The notes below the pieces were generated by a model. It was given only the letters and a program-made list of their open reading frames with translations. It was not told the origin of the DNA and did no database searches. A program made the translations under genes and the position numbers. This document shows, in pieces, positions 55,686 to 64,000 of a DNA stretch of 64,000 bases (the stretch's first letter is position 1; the number at the start of each line of letters is the position of its first letter). The DNA is from Candidatus Omnitrophota bacterium (GTDB taxonomy: Bacteria > Omnitrophota > Gorgyraeia > Gygaellales > Profunditerraquicolaceae), in contig JBAZEH010000002.1 of assembly GCA_041653955.1 (NCBI GenBank), positions 24,380-88,379 of the forward strand, given 5' to 3'.

Positions 55686-57862
55686 TGCGGTATAGAAGAG
55701 CAGGGATAAGTTTTTTTATTTTGTGTTTTTCATTTTTTTTGTTATCGCGGTATGCTTTGTGCGGTTATGCCGCCACGGAATACCGTGAAATAAATACCCC
55801 TGAAGGCAAGGTTATCACCGGGTTAGACAGGGAGAATGCCTTAAGTAAGTTTGGCCCGCCTGAACGCGCGAGCGAAGACCTTTGGAATTATACCATCCCG
55901 GAGAATTTTTTTATTTCATTCTCCAGCCATACCTTTTCCACGCTTCATCTTTATCCGCGCCGCCCAAACGGCTCCGTTGGGGTCCCCCTGGAGTTTAAGG
56001 TGCTGGGTTATCAGTCGGATACCCAGATAAAAGATATTACCCAATACGCCAGATTACTAATAAATAAGCCGAAGGATTTTATTTTTAAGGGGCCTGGCGT
56101 TATCATTCCTAAGAAGACCGGAGAATACCAGATATTAGCCGAATATAACGGTATTTTCAGTAATCCTTCTTATCTGGCCATAGAAGAATCTTCGGGGCCC
56201 CGGAAAGAAAAGGTGGTAAGCATAAACATATTGCCTTACAAGCCCGTTATCCCTTATAAAGGGCGCCAGGAATTTGTGGCGCTGGCCGTATTCCAGGATC
56301 ATATGGGCAGATACCATATAAAGGATATAAGCGCCAGGGCGGATTGGCATATCTCACAGGATAAAGAGGTGCTTAAAAATAGAGACAACACAATTTTCGC
56401 CGTATCCCCGGGAGAGGCGGACGTATTATGCAGATATATGAACTCGCAGAGTTATCCGCAGGAAGTCTCCGTGTCGCAGCAGCCCGGGCTGGCTAACCAG
56501 GCCTTAAAGCATATTACACTGCTTCCGGACCTGCTTTTGTCCGCCTCCGGAGAGAAAATAAAACTCAGGGTATTCGGAAGCTACAGGGATAACAGGGTAG
56601 AAGAAATAACGGGTAAAGTAAGGTGGGAGACCAGCAACAAAAATATATTGAGCCCGATAAAAGACGGGGAGTCCCTGGCGAATTCGGCAGGTATTACCGA
56701 AGTATACGCGATCTTAGACGGTATCAAGAGCTCTCCGGCAAAGATCATTATTGCCGACAGGCAGGGCAGCGCGGTACCCCCCGAGTTTACGGAAGGCAAA
56801 ATTGAACCGGATAAACTGGTAAGTGATATACGCCGCGAAACGAATAAGTTGCAGGAGGAGCTATCCGCGGAAGAGAAGAGGCTAGCCTTTATAAAAATAA
56901 CACCTGATACTTTGGAGGTCCCGCTTGGCGAGAGCGCGCAGATGGAGGCCCTGGGGATATATAGCGATAAATCCCGGGAGGATTTGACGAACCTGGGAGA
57001 ATGGTTGAGTTCAGATAACGGTATTGTTAAGGTTCTCGGAGGCAAGGTCAGCACCTTTTCGCAGGGGGAGGCGACGGTATATTTGAAATTCAGGGATGTG
57101 AAGAGTTTGCCGGCAGCTGTTAAGGTGGGAGGGGCTAAGTTGCTTTCTATAATATTATCTCCGCAGGATTTGAAGATATCCATGAGGCAGAGGCCCCTCA
57201 TCAAGGCGGAGGGCTATTTCAGCGATTCATCGCGTAAGGATATAAGTTCCCTGGTTACCTGGGAATTTACCAGGGCGGGGATAATTAAGATAAAAGAAGG
57301 AAAGGTGATCCCTCTTAAGTTCGGCAGCAGCGGGATAACGGCAGAATATTCGGGGATAAAGAGCCTGCAGGCGAACATCTCGGTTATCATCACTATGGGA
57401 TGGATAATATATATGTTCGCAAGATGGGCCATTTTCTTATTGCTGGGGATATTTGCGATATTCGCAGCCTTTTATGCCCTGACCGAAGAGAAAAAAAGTG
57501 AAATGAAAAATTGCTTAGATGATGATCCGCGCGAGTTCATGGTAAAACTCTACGGGAATACGGAGAGCATCCTGGGATTCTTTGGTTTAAGGCGCAGGGA
57601 ATGGATGACGCCTCTTCATTATGCCGGTAAGGTCCAGGATAAATATTCCATAGAGAATGATATTTTTTCCAAACTTACCGTTAAATTCGAAGAAGCTAAA
57701 TACAGCCTCCACTCTATTTCCCGCTCCGATGCCTCTTGCGCTCTAAATGACTACAATAATTTTATCAAGGCGGTCCTCGCGCGGCACAATAAGCTGTCAC
57801 TGTTTTTAAGATACTGCACAGCTATTTTTAACCGCAAACCCCTCTTCATCCCCAACAGATAA
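55685..57862 (+). CDS. secreted/membrane protein with multiple Big_2 Ig-like domains, TM helix and C-terminal DUF4129-like domain
   Basis: Signal peptide. Repeated Ig-like modules (AEYNGI, AEYSGI ends). TM WAIFLLLGIFAIFAAFYAL. TPLHYAG region. Confidence 0.6.
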   Translation: MRYRRAGISFFILCFSFFLLSRYALCGYAATEYREINTPEGKVITGLDRENALSKFGPPERASEDLWNYTIPENFFISFSSHTFSTLHLYPRRPNGSVGVPLEFKVLGYQSDTQIKDITQYARLLINKPKDFIFKGPGVIIPKKTGEYQILAEYNGIFSNPSYLAIEESSGPRKEKVVSINILPYKPVIPYKGRQEFVALAVFQDHMGRYHIKDISARADWHISQDKEVLKNRDNTIFAVSPGEADVLCRYMNSQSYPQEVSVSQQPGLANQALKHITLLPDLLLSASGEKIKLRVFGSYRDNRVEEITGKVRWETSNKNILSPIKDGESLANSAGITEVYAILDGIKSSPAKIIIADRQGSAVPPEFTEGKIEPDKLVSDIRRETNKLQEELSAEEKRLAFIKITPDTLEVPLGESAQMEALGIYSDKSREDLTNLGEWLSSDNGIVKVLGGKVSTFSQGEATVYLKFRDVKSLPAAVKVGGAKLLSIILSPQDLKISMRQRPLIKAEGYFSDSSRKDISSLVTWEFTRAGIIKIKEGKVIPLKFGSSGITAEYSGIKSLQANISVIITMGWIIYMFARWAIFLLLGIFAIFAAFYALTEEKKSEMKNCLDDDPREFMVKLYGNTESILGFFGLRRREWMTPLHYAGKVQDKYSIENDIFSKLTVKFEEAKYSLHSISRSDASCALNDYNNFIKAVLARHNKLSLFLRYCTAIFNRKPLFIPNR

Positions 57863-57976
57863 TCAAAAACAGCTGTTCATACCATAAATCTCTTGCAATT
57901 GAATTATATTTATGATAATTTATAACCCTATTCCCTAACATCTTATATAACCCCTTATTCACAAAACGCGAGAGAT

Positions 57977-58297
57977 ATGGCTATATTACATCTGACGGAC
58001 GGAACTTTCAAAAGTGAGGTCCTTGATTCCGACCTCCCGGTGCTGGTGGATTTCTGGGCGACCTGGTGCGGCCCCTGCAGGATGATCGCTCCTATTGTCG
58101 AGGAACTGGCCGAAGAATACAAGGACAGGTTGAAGATAGGCAAGATAGATATAGACGATAACCCTAAAACCCCCACGCGTTACGGGGTGATGTCCATACC
58201 CACGCTCATGTTCTTTAAGCAGGGCCAGGTCGCCGGGCAACTAGTAGGGGCCTTAAGCAGGTCCGAGCTGAAGAAGAAGATCGAAGAAAACCTTTAA
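57977..58297 (+). CDS. trxA: thioredoxin
   Basis: WCGPC active site. Confidence 0.9.
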   Translation: MAILHLTDGTFKSEVLDSDLPVLVDFWATWCGPCRMIAPIVEELAEEYKDRLKIGKIDIDDNPKTPTRYGVMSIPTLMFFKQGQVAGQLVGALSRSELKKKIEENL

Positions 58298-59388
58298 TGA
58301 AAAGGATATTTATAGCGGCCACTAAGCAGAATGACGGGAAGACTACTGTGGCGCTTGGCCTGATCTTCAATTTTCAGAAGAAGTTCAGGAATATCGGCTT
58401 TATTAAACCGGTAGGGCAAAGATACCTGGAAGAAGCGGGCTTTAAGGTGGACGAGGACTCGGTACTGATAGAGGGTTCACTTAAGCTGTGCGGTATAAAT
58501 TGCCGGCTCAAGGATATGAGCCCCGTAGCCGTAGAAAAAGGCTTTACCGAGAAATATATAAATGCCCCGGACCCCAGGCCTATTACCAAGCAGATCAGGG
58601 ATTCATTCAAGAGGGTGGCCTTTAAGAAGGACCTGGTGATCATTGAAGGGACAGGCCACGCCGGGGTAGGGTCGATCTTTGACCACTCTAATGCCGTAGT
58701 AGCGAGGCGTTTGCGCTCAAAGGTGGTGCTTATCTCATCCGGAGGGATAGGCAGGCCTATAGATGAGATCGTGCTGAATAAGGCGCTCTTTGAAAAGGAG
58801 GGGGTTAAGGTCCTGGGCGTGATCGTGAATAAGGTGATGCCCGAGAAATTCGGCAAGATAAGCCGCCTTATAAAGAAAGGATTAAAAAGAAAGGGTATTG
58901 AGTTGCTGGGGGTTATCCCTTATACCCCTTCTCTTTCGCATCCTACGATAAGGCAGCTGCTGGAGGAGACTGATTACTCCCTGTTATATCCTTCAAGCGA
59001 TGAATCTTTGGATAGCCATGTCTCCAAAATAGTAGTGGGGGCGATGCAGCCAAAAGACGCGGTAAAGTATATCACCGACCACAGCCTGGTGATCACTCCC
59101 GGAGACCGCGAGGATATAATAAGGCTTACCCTGGACCTTTACGCCAAAGGGTGTAAGGCCGCGGGGATAGTTTTGACCGGGGATTTCGTGACAGGAGAGG
59201 AATTCATAAAACAGGCAAAAGACGCCGGTATACCCGTATTATTAGCCAAGCCGGATACCTATACTACCGTTTCCCAGATACACGGCTTGACCGTTAAGAT
59301 CAGGCCGGCCGATAAAGAGAAGATAGAGATAGCAAAAGGATTAATACATAACTACGTAGATATGAATAAAATCATCAAGGGGATGTAA
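58297..59388 (+). CDS. Pta N-terminal-like protein (P-loop CobQ/MinD-type domain + DRTGG domain), separate from the catalytic Pta
   Basis: ATKQNDGKTTVALGL P-loop. C-terminal DRTGG-like region PGDREDI..VLTGDF. Confidence 0.65.
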   Translation: MKRIFIAATKQNDGKTTVALGLIFNFQKKFRNIGFIKPVGQRYLEEAGFKVDEDSVLIEGSLKLCGINCRLKDMSPVAVEKGFTEKYINAPDPRPITKQIRDSFKRVAFKKDLVIIEGTGHAGVGSIFDHSNAVVARRLRSKVVLISSGGIGRPIDEIVLNKALFEKEGVKVLGVIVNKVMPEKFGKISRLIKKGLKRKGIELLGVIPYTPSLSHPTIRQLLEETDYSLLYPSSDESLDSHVSKIVVGAMQPKDAVKYITDHSLVITPGDREDIIRLTLDLYAKGCKAAGIVLTGDFVTGEEFIKQAKDAGIPVLLAKPDTYTTVSQIHGLTVKIRPADKEKIEIAKGLIHNYVDMNKIIKGM

Positions 59389-59389
59389 A

Positions 59390-60319
59390 ATGGATATTGT
59401 ATCTAAGATCAGGGCTCGCGCAAAAACAAATATAAAGACAATAGTTTTGCCGGAATTTGAAGATGAACGCGTGAGGGATGCCGCGAAATTCATTGAAAAG
59501 GAGGGGATCGCCAGGGTCGTATTGTTGGATAGCGGTAAGATAGATAAGAAAAAGCAGGAAGAGTACGCGAACCAATATTATGAGCTGCGTAAGGCAAAAG
59601 GCATCAGCCCGCAAGACGCCGCGAAGGTACTTGAAGACTCTCTTTATTACGCCGCGATGATGACGCGTTCTGGTGAAGCGGACGGATTTGTCGCCGGGGC
59701 AAGCCACACTACTCCCGATGTGGCAAGGGCGGCAATGCAGTGCCTGGGGGTGAATGACAGGATAAATATCGCCTCAAGCTGTTTTGTCATGGGTGTCCCG
59801 GATTCAAAATACGGAGAAGAGGGCGCGTTCATATTCGCTGATTGCGGCATAGTCCCCGATCCGAATCCGCGCCAGTTAGCATGCATAGCCATATCTAATG
59901 CCGAGTTGGCCGGAAAAGTACTGGGCATACCGCCGAGAGTGGCGCTATTGAGCTACTCCACAAAAGGCTCCGCGAAAGGCAGGGTAGTCAACAGGGTGAT
60001 CGAGGCCCTTGAGATAGCAAAACAGATGCAGCCCGGCCTGTTGATCGACGGAGAACTGCAGGTAGATGCCGCTATAGTGCCTGAAGTCGCAAATATAAAA
60101 TATCCGGGCAGCCTGCTTAAGGGCAGGGCTAATGTCCTGATATTCCCGAATCTGGAGGCAGGGAATATAGGGTATAAACTTGTGCAAAGGTTAGCCGGGG
60201 CGCGGGCGATCGGGCCCATAATCGTAGGCTTGAACAAGCCATGCAGCGACCTTTCGCGCGGCTGCGTGGTTGAGGATATAATAGATTGCGTGGCGGTGAC
60301 CGCCATAAGGGCTCAATAA
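59390..60319 (+). CDS. pta: phosphate acetyltransferase (PTA_PTB catalytic domain)
   Basis: Phosphate acetyl/butyryl transferase fold. Followed by ackA. Confidence 0.8.
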   Translation: MDIVSKIRARAKTNIKTIVLPEFEDERVRDAAKFIEKEGIARVVLLDSGKIDKKKQEEYANQYYELRKAKGISPQDAAKVLEDSLYYAAMMTRSGEADGFVAGASHTTPDVARAAMQCLGVNDRINIASSCFVMGVPDSKYGEEGAFIFADCGIVPDPNPRQLACIAISNAELAGKVLGIPPRVALLSYSTKGSAKGRVVNRVIEALEIAKQMQPGLLIDGELQVDAAIVPEVANIKYPGSLLKGRANVLIFPNLEAGNIGYKLVQRLAGARAIGPIIVGLNKPCSDLSRGCVVEDIIDCVAVTAIRAQ

Positions 60320-61371
60320 TGAATATACTCGTCATAAACAGCGGAAGCTCTTCAATAAAATACACGCTCTTTGATATGCCGGCGGAAAAGTGCCTGATGC
60401 ACGGAGTGATCGAGCATATAGCGGAGAAGGGGTCAAAGATAAAGGACCATTATGAGGGGCTTAAAATAGTTTTAGGAAGGGTCAAACGCGTAGACCTGGT
60501 GGGCCACAGGGTGGTGCACGGAGCGGAGAAGTTCAAAAAACCTATCTTGATCAATCCATCCGTGATCCGCAAGATAAGGGATTGTTCGCGCCTGGCGCCT
60601 TTGCATAATCCGGCTAACCTCGCGGGGATAATGGCGTGCAAGAAACTGCTGCCCGGAGTAAGGCAGACGGCGGTATTTGACACCGCGTTTCATCAGACCC
60701 TCCCCGATTACGCTTATGTATATGGGCTGCCTTACTCGTATTACAAAAGATTCGGCATAAGGAAGTATGGTTTTCACGGCACGAGCCATGAATATGTCGC
60801 CCATGAGGCGGCCCGGCGCCTTGGCAGGCCCGGAGGGGGGCTTAAGCTGATCACCTGTCATTTGGGCAACGGCTGCAGTATTGCCGCCGTAGACAGGGGC
60901 AGGTCAATTGATACGAGTATGGGTTTTACGCCTTTAGAAGGGCTGGTTATGGGTACCCGCTGCGGCGATATTGATCCTGCGCTGGTCACCTATATAATGC
61001 AAAGAGAGAAATTAGATATAGCCCAGATAGAGGCTATTTTGAATAAGTCCAGCGGCCTTAAGGGAGTATCCGGAGTAAGTAATGATATGCGGGTATTGGA
61101 AGCCAGGGCCAGGACCAGAGACGGGCGCGCGAAATTAGCGGTGGATATCTTTATTTACCGCATAAAGAAATATATCGGGGCCTATACCGCGGTAATGTCA
61201 GGCTGCGACTGCCTCGTATTCACCGGGGGGATAGGGGAGAATCAGAAGAGGGTCAGGGATGAGATATGCAAAGGGCTTTTTTCGCACTTGAGAAAGAAAC
61301 CCAGGATAATGGTCATCCCTACCAATGAAGAGCTGATGATCGCCCGCAAGAGCTGTAAACTGGTAAGATGA
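60319..61371 (+). CDS. ackA: acetate kinase
   Basis: N-terminus [19 protein letters not shown] and HLGNG motifs. Start at the ATG at 60319 overlapping the pta stop (taATG). Confidence 0.85.
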   Translation: MNILVINSGSSSIKYTLFDMPAEKCLMHGVIEHIAEKGSKIKDHYEGLKIVLGRVKRVDLVGHRVVHGAEKFKKPILINPSVIRKIRDCSRLAPLHNPANLAGIMACKKLLPGVRQTAVFDTAFHQTLPDYAYVYGLPYSYYKRFGIRKYGFHGTSHEYVAHEAARRLGRPGGGLKLITCHLGNGCSIAAVDRGRSIDTSMGFTPLEGLVMGTRCGDIDPALVTYIMQREKLDIAQIEAILNKSSGLKGVSGVSNDMRVLEARARTRDGRAKLAVDIFIYRIKKYIGAYTAVMSGCDCLVFTGGIGENQKRVRDEICKGLFSHLRKKPRIMVIPTNEELMIARKSCKLVR

Positions 61372-61381
61372 GGAGCTAACA

Positions 61382-61732
61382 ATGCAAAGGACAATCTTAA
61401 AATCAAAAATACATTCCGCTAACGTAACAGAGGCGAACCTTTATTATGAGGGGAGCATCACCATAGATGTTTCCCTTATGGAGAAGGTGGATATCCTGCC
61501 TCATGAGAGGGTAGAGGTGCTTAATCTTAACAACGGGCAGCGCCTGGAAACTTACGCTATTGAAGGCGAGAGAGGCTCGGGAGTGGTCTGCCTTAACGGG
61601 CCTGCTGCGCGCGGCGCCTGCCCGGGAGACAAAGTGATCATTCTCGCCTACGCCATAGTTGAAGATAAAGATGCCAAAACGATAAAGCCAAAGGTGATCA
61701 GGGTTGACGGAAAAAACCATGTTAAAGATTAG
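61382..61732 (+). CDS. panD: aspartate 1-decarboxylase
   Basis: [29 protein letters not shown] (self-processing G-S site). Confidence 0.85.
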   Translation: MQRTILKSKIHSANVTEANLYYEGSITIDVSLMEKVDILPHERVEVLNLNNGQRLETYAIEGERGSGVVCLNGPAARGACPGDKVIILAYAIVEDKDAKTIKPKVIRVDGKNHVKD

Positions 61733-62255
61733 GGTTTTCGGAGAACCTATACTTAGAAGTAAGGCGAAAGCGGTCAAGGAGGCGACCTCTGAATGCCGTG
61801 ATATATTAAGCGCTATGGCGCAATTGATGTACGCGGAGTCAGGTATCGGCCTGGCCGCGCCACAGGCGGGGATCAACGCCTCTATGATAGTGGTGGATAT
61901 GGGCACCGGGCTTTATAAACTATTGAACCCGAGGATAACCAGGAAGGAAGGCTTCCAGGTAACGGGGGAGGGGTGCCTTAGTGTCCCGGGTATATGCGTA
62001 AAGGTCAGGCGCGCTAATAAAGTTACACTTAAGGCAGAAGATGAATACTTCAAGCCTGTTACCATAGAGGCTGAAGGGCTGCTGGCGTGCGTATTCCAGC
62101 ATGAGATAGACCATTTGCATGGTAAGCTTATTGTTGATTATGCCCCGTTATTCCAGAGGCTAAAGATAAAAAACAAGCTGAAAAAGCTGGAGAAGAGGTC
62201 GCAAGATGAAAGAGTGCCCGAATCAAAAGGAAAACCTGGAAAATTGCAATTGTAG
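61719..62255 (+). CDS. def: peptide deformylase
   Basis: [19 protein letters not shown] motifs. Confidence 0.85.
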   Translation: MLKIRVFGEPILRSKAKAVKEATSECRDILSAMAQLMYAESGIGLAAPQAGINASMIVVDMGTGLYKLLNPRITRKEGFQVTGEGCLSVPGICVKVRRANKVTLKAEDEYFKPVTIEAEGLLACVFQHEIDHLHGKLIVDYAPLFQRLKIKNKLKKLEKRSQDERVPESKGKPGKLQL

Positions 62256-62403
62256 TTATGAACCCTGTTCGCGCAAAGGGTTATGCTGCGCATGCGTGCT
62301 ATACCACCGCAAGAACGGCGAAATACCCGCCTGTTTCTTTACTTCCGCAGAGGAAAAGAGCTATGACCGCTCGATCAGTAATTTTATCCGGGCTCAAAGA
62401 TGA
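62206..62403 (+). CDS. hypothetical Cys-rich small protein (65 aa, 8 Cys)
   Basis: C-x5-C-x-C-x4-C..CC-x-C pattern. Overlaps the def 3' end by 50 nt in another frame. Confidence 0.35.
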   Translation: MKECPNQKENLENCNCSYEPCSRKGLCCACVLYHRKNGEIPACFFTSAEEKSYDRSISNFIRAQR

Positions 62404-63266
62404 AAAATAAACTGCCTTCCTGGTTTAAACAGGAGATACCCGATGCCGCGGTGCGCGGCAGGATACAGATGTTCTCCGAATTTAATGTCAATACCGTGTG
62501 CAGCCTGGCAAAGTGCCCTAATTTAAGCGCGTGTTTTAAGGACCTCAAATTTACCTTTATGATATTAGGGGATACCTGCACCAGGGGCTGCAGGTTTTGC
62601 GGTATAAATAAAAAAGAAAAAGAACCCCTGCCCCTGGATGAAAATGAACCTGACCGCCTTAGCCAGATAGCCAGGGTGCTTAAATTGAAGTTCATAGTTA
62701 TTACTTCCGTTACCCGGGATGATCTTGTTGACGGGGGAGCGGCGCAGTTTGTCAGGAGTATAAAATTGTTGCATGGCATAAGTAAAGATATCAAAATAGA
62801 GGCGCTGGTACCGGATTTTTCCGGCAGCGGCGCCGCCATTAAGGCCGTAGTGGAAGCAGGGCCATCCATATTCGCGCATAATATTGAAACAGTTAAGCGG
62901 CTATATGGGAGATTAAGGCCGGGAGCGGATTATGATAGGTCCTTGGGGGTTTTGAGTAAAGCCAGAGAGGTCAGCCCTTCCCTTGTGACTAAGTCTTCAC
63001 TTATCCTGGGAATGGGAGAAACAGAAGATGAAGTGATATACGCTATGCAGGATCTTAGGCAGAGCGGATGCGATATCCTTACTTTAGGGCAATATTTGGC
63101 CCCTTCAGAAAAACATTTTCCGGTTGAGGAGTTTATCGGTATTGAGCAGTTTGAGAATTACCGCCGCACCGGCAAGCAGTTAGGTTTTAAAGCGGTATTA
63201 TCAGGGCCAAAGGTACGCAGTTCTTATAAGGCAGAGGAGGTTTTTAATGAGCTCAACTACCTATGA
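62400..63266 (+). CDS. lipA: lipoyl synthase
   Basis: CPNLSAC (auxiliary cluster) and CTRGCRFC (radical SAM). Confidence 0.9.
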   Translation: MKNKLPSWFKQEIPDAAVRGRIQMFSEFNVNTVCSLAKCPNLSACFKDLKFTFMILGDTCTRGCRFCGINKKEKEPLPLDENEPDRLSQIARVLKLKFIVITSVTRDDLVDGGAAQFVRSIKLLHGISKDIKIEALVPDFSGSGAAIKAVVEAGPSIFAHNIETVKRLYGRLRPGADYDRSLGVLSKAREVSPSLVTKSSLILGMGETEDEVIYAMQDLRQSGCDILTLGQYLAPSEKHFPVEEFIGIEQFENYRRTGKQLGFKAVLSGPKVRSSYKAEEVFNELNYL

Positions 63267-64000
63267 CCTGGTCATAATAGGGGCGGGCCCGGCCGGCCTG
63301 ACTGCCGCGCTTTACTCCGGGCGTTCACGGTTAAATACGCTTTTATTGGAGAAGATGGGCCCGGGAGGCAGGATACTGCTTACGGAGACAATAGAGAATT
63401 TTCCCGGTTTCAGGGGAGGAGTAAATACCTCTGAGTTGATACAGCGCATGCAGGAGCAGGTTACGGATTTAGGGGTGAAGATAGTATTAGAACAGGCAGA
63501 TGAGATAGACCTGAAGGCGATGAGCGTAAAGGCGGGCTCCGGTTTTTATTCGGCAGGCGCCATAATAATCGCTACGGGGGCGCATCCGCGCAGCCTTGGG
63601 GTACCCGGGGAGGAGAAGTTAACCGGCAGGGGCGTTTCTTATTGCGCTACATGCGATGCCCCATTATACAGGGGGAAGGAAGTCGTTATAGCAGGCGGAG
63701 GGAACGCCATGGCGGAGGAGGCTCTTTATTTGACGCGTTTTGCCGATTCAGTCACTATTATCCACAGGAGGGATGAATTACGCGCCTCACCTATATTGCA
63801 GGAGAAGCTCAAGGAGAACAATAAGATCCATTTCAAGTTGAGCAGCGTGATTACAGGCATAGAAGGCGGGATGAGGGTTGAGGGGGTAAAAATAAGAGAC
63901 CTTAAGAGTCAGAGCGATGAGATATCGCGCTGCGACGGTGTTTTTGTTTATATAGGTTATATCCCGGATACGGGATTTCTAAAAGATAAATTGCAATTGG
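63247..64000 (+). CDS. trxB: thioredoxin-disulfide reductase (3' partial)
   Basis: N-terminus [23 protein letters not shown]. Redox-active CATCDA. Runs off the window end. Confidence 0.85.
   Translation, partial: MSSTTYDLVIIGAGPAGLTAALYSGRSRLNTLLLEKMGPGGRILLTETIENFPGFRGGVNTSELIQRMQEQVTDLGVKIVLEQADEIDLKAMSVKAGSGFYSAGAIIIATGAHPRSLGVPGEEKLTGRGVSYCATCDAPLYRGKEVVIAGGGNAMAEEALYLTRFADSVTIIHRRDELRASPILQEKLKENNKIHFKLSSVITGIEGGMRVEGVKIRDLKSQSDEISRCDGVFVYIGYIPDTGFLKDKLQL

Overview
This 64-kb window is a bacterial chromosomal segment, almost entirely + strand and densely coded. Rubrerythrin, desulforedoxin and a H+-pyrophosphatase suggest an anaerobe; the exact lineage cannot be determined from the sequence alone. 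The recognisable modules, in order, are listed below.

- **1-1381:** a B12-binding radical SAM gene, truncated at the 5' end of the window.
- **1459-1871:** small ORFs with a tandem palindromic element between them.
- **2017-5149:** plsC, then an RNA-metabolism / cold-shock cluster (RRM protein, small zinc-finger protein, DEAD-box helicase).
- **5273-9678:** an AbrB-like regulator and a TolC-MacA-MacB efflux set.
- **9733-12159:** a PAS histidine kinase with no adjacent response regulator.
- **12275-18572:** a second efflux set (TolC-HlyD, two ABC ATPases, two ABC-2 permeases).
- **18658-22327:** a secreted Ca-binding repeat protein and an Mla/Pqi-like lipid transport set (STAS-MlaE, MlaF, MlaD, PqiC-like lipoprotein).
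- **22314-25362:** a CDF transporter and HflK/HflC.
- **25548-26963:** a PilZ gene translationally coupled to a novel 5x internal-repeat protein.
- **26970-28904:** a redox-stress cluster (exported MsrB-MsrA, desulforedoxin, rubrerythrin).
- **28901-34104:** an isoprenoid cluster (minus-strand GGPP synthase, squalene/phytoene synthase, IspH; + strand UbiA prenyltransferase, NDH-2, DoxX).
- **34314-36838:** a CPA antiporter fused to a PTS-EIIA(Ntr)-like domain, and a MEDS-domain protein.
- **37013-37488:** two cspA genes.
- **37512-41506:** a second B12-radical SAM gene with downstream unknowns (alpha/beta hydrolase, YbgC thioesterase, retropepsin-like protease).
- **41601-43766:** H+-pyrophosphatase.
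- **43765-44453:** a REP-associated tyrosine transposase (RAYT) flanked by 59-bp inverted REP repeats.
- **44498-50704:** ECF sigma, ZAS anti-sigma, membrane CHAT-TPR protein and three secreted proteins.
- **50826-57862:** MoxR, DUF58 and two giant TM/Big_2 proteins.
- **57977-64000:** trxA, split pta, ackA, panD, def, lipA, trxB (3' partial).

Four non-coding signals stand out.

- **Radical-SAM-associated palindromic element:** a conserved element with covariation sits downstream of both B12-radical SAM genes, immediately upstream of the RBS of small or unknown ORFs.
- **Cold-shock leader module:** a promoter + leader + terminator module is duplicated in front of the DEAD-box helicase and cspA.
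- **Shared promoter architecture:** four promoters have the form TTGMCM-N17 ending GCAG-TAWAAT.
- **REP-like sequences:** two full inverted copies flank the RAYT, and a degenerate solo copy lies about 6 kb downstream.

Several small zinc-ribbon ORFs, missed by the 60-aa cutoff of the ORF track, were found by hand.
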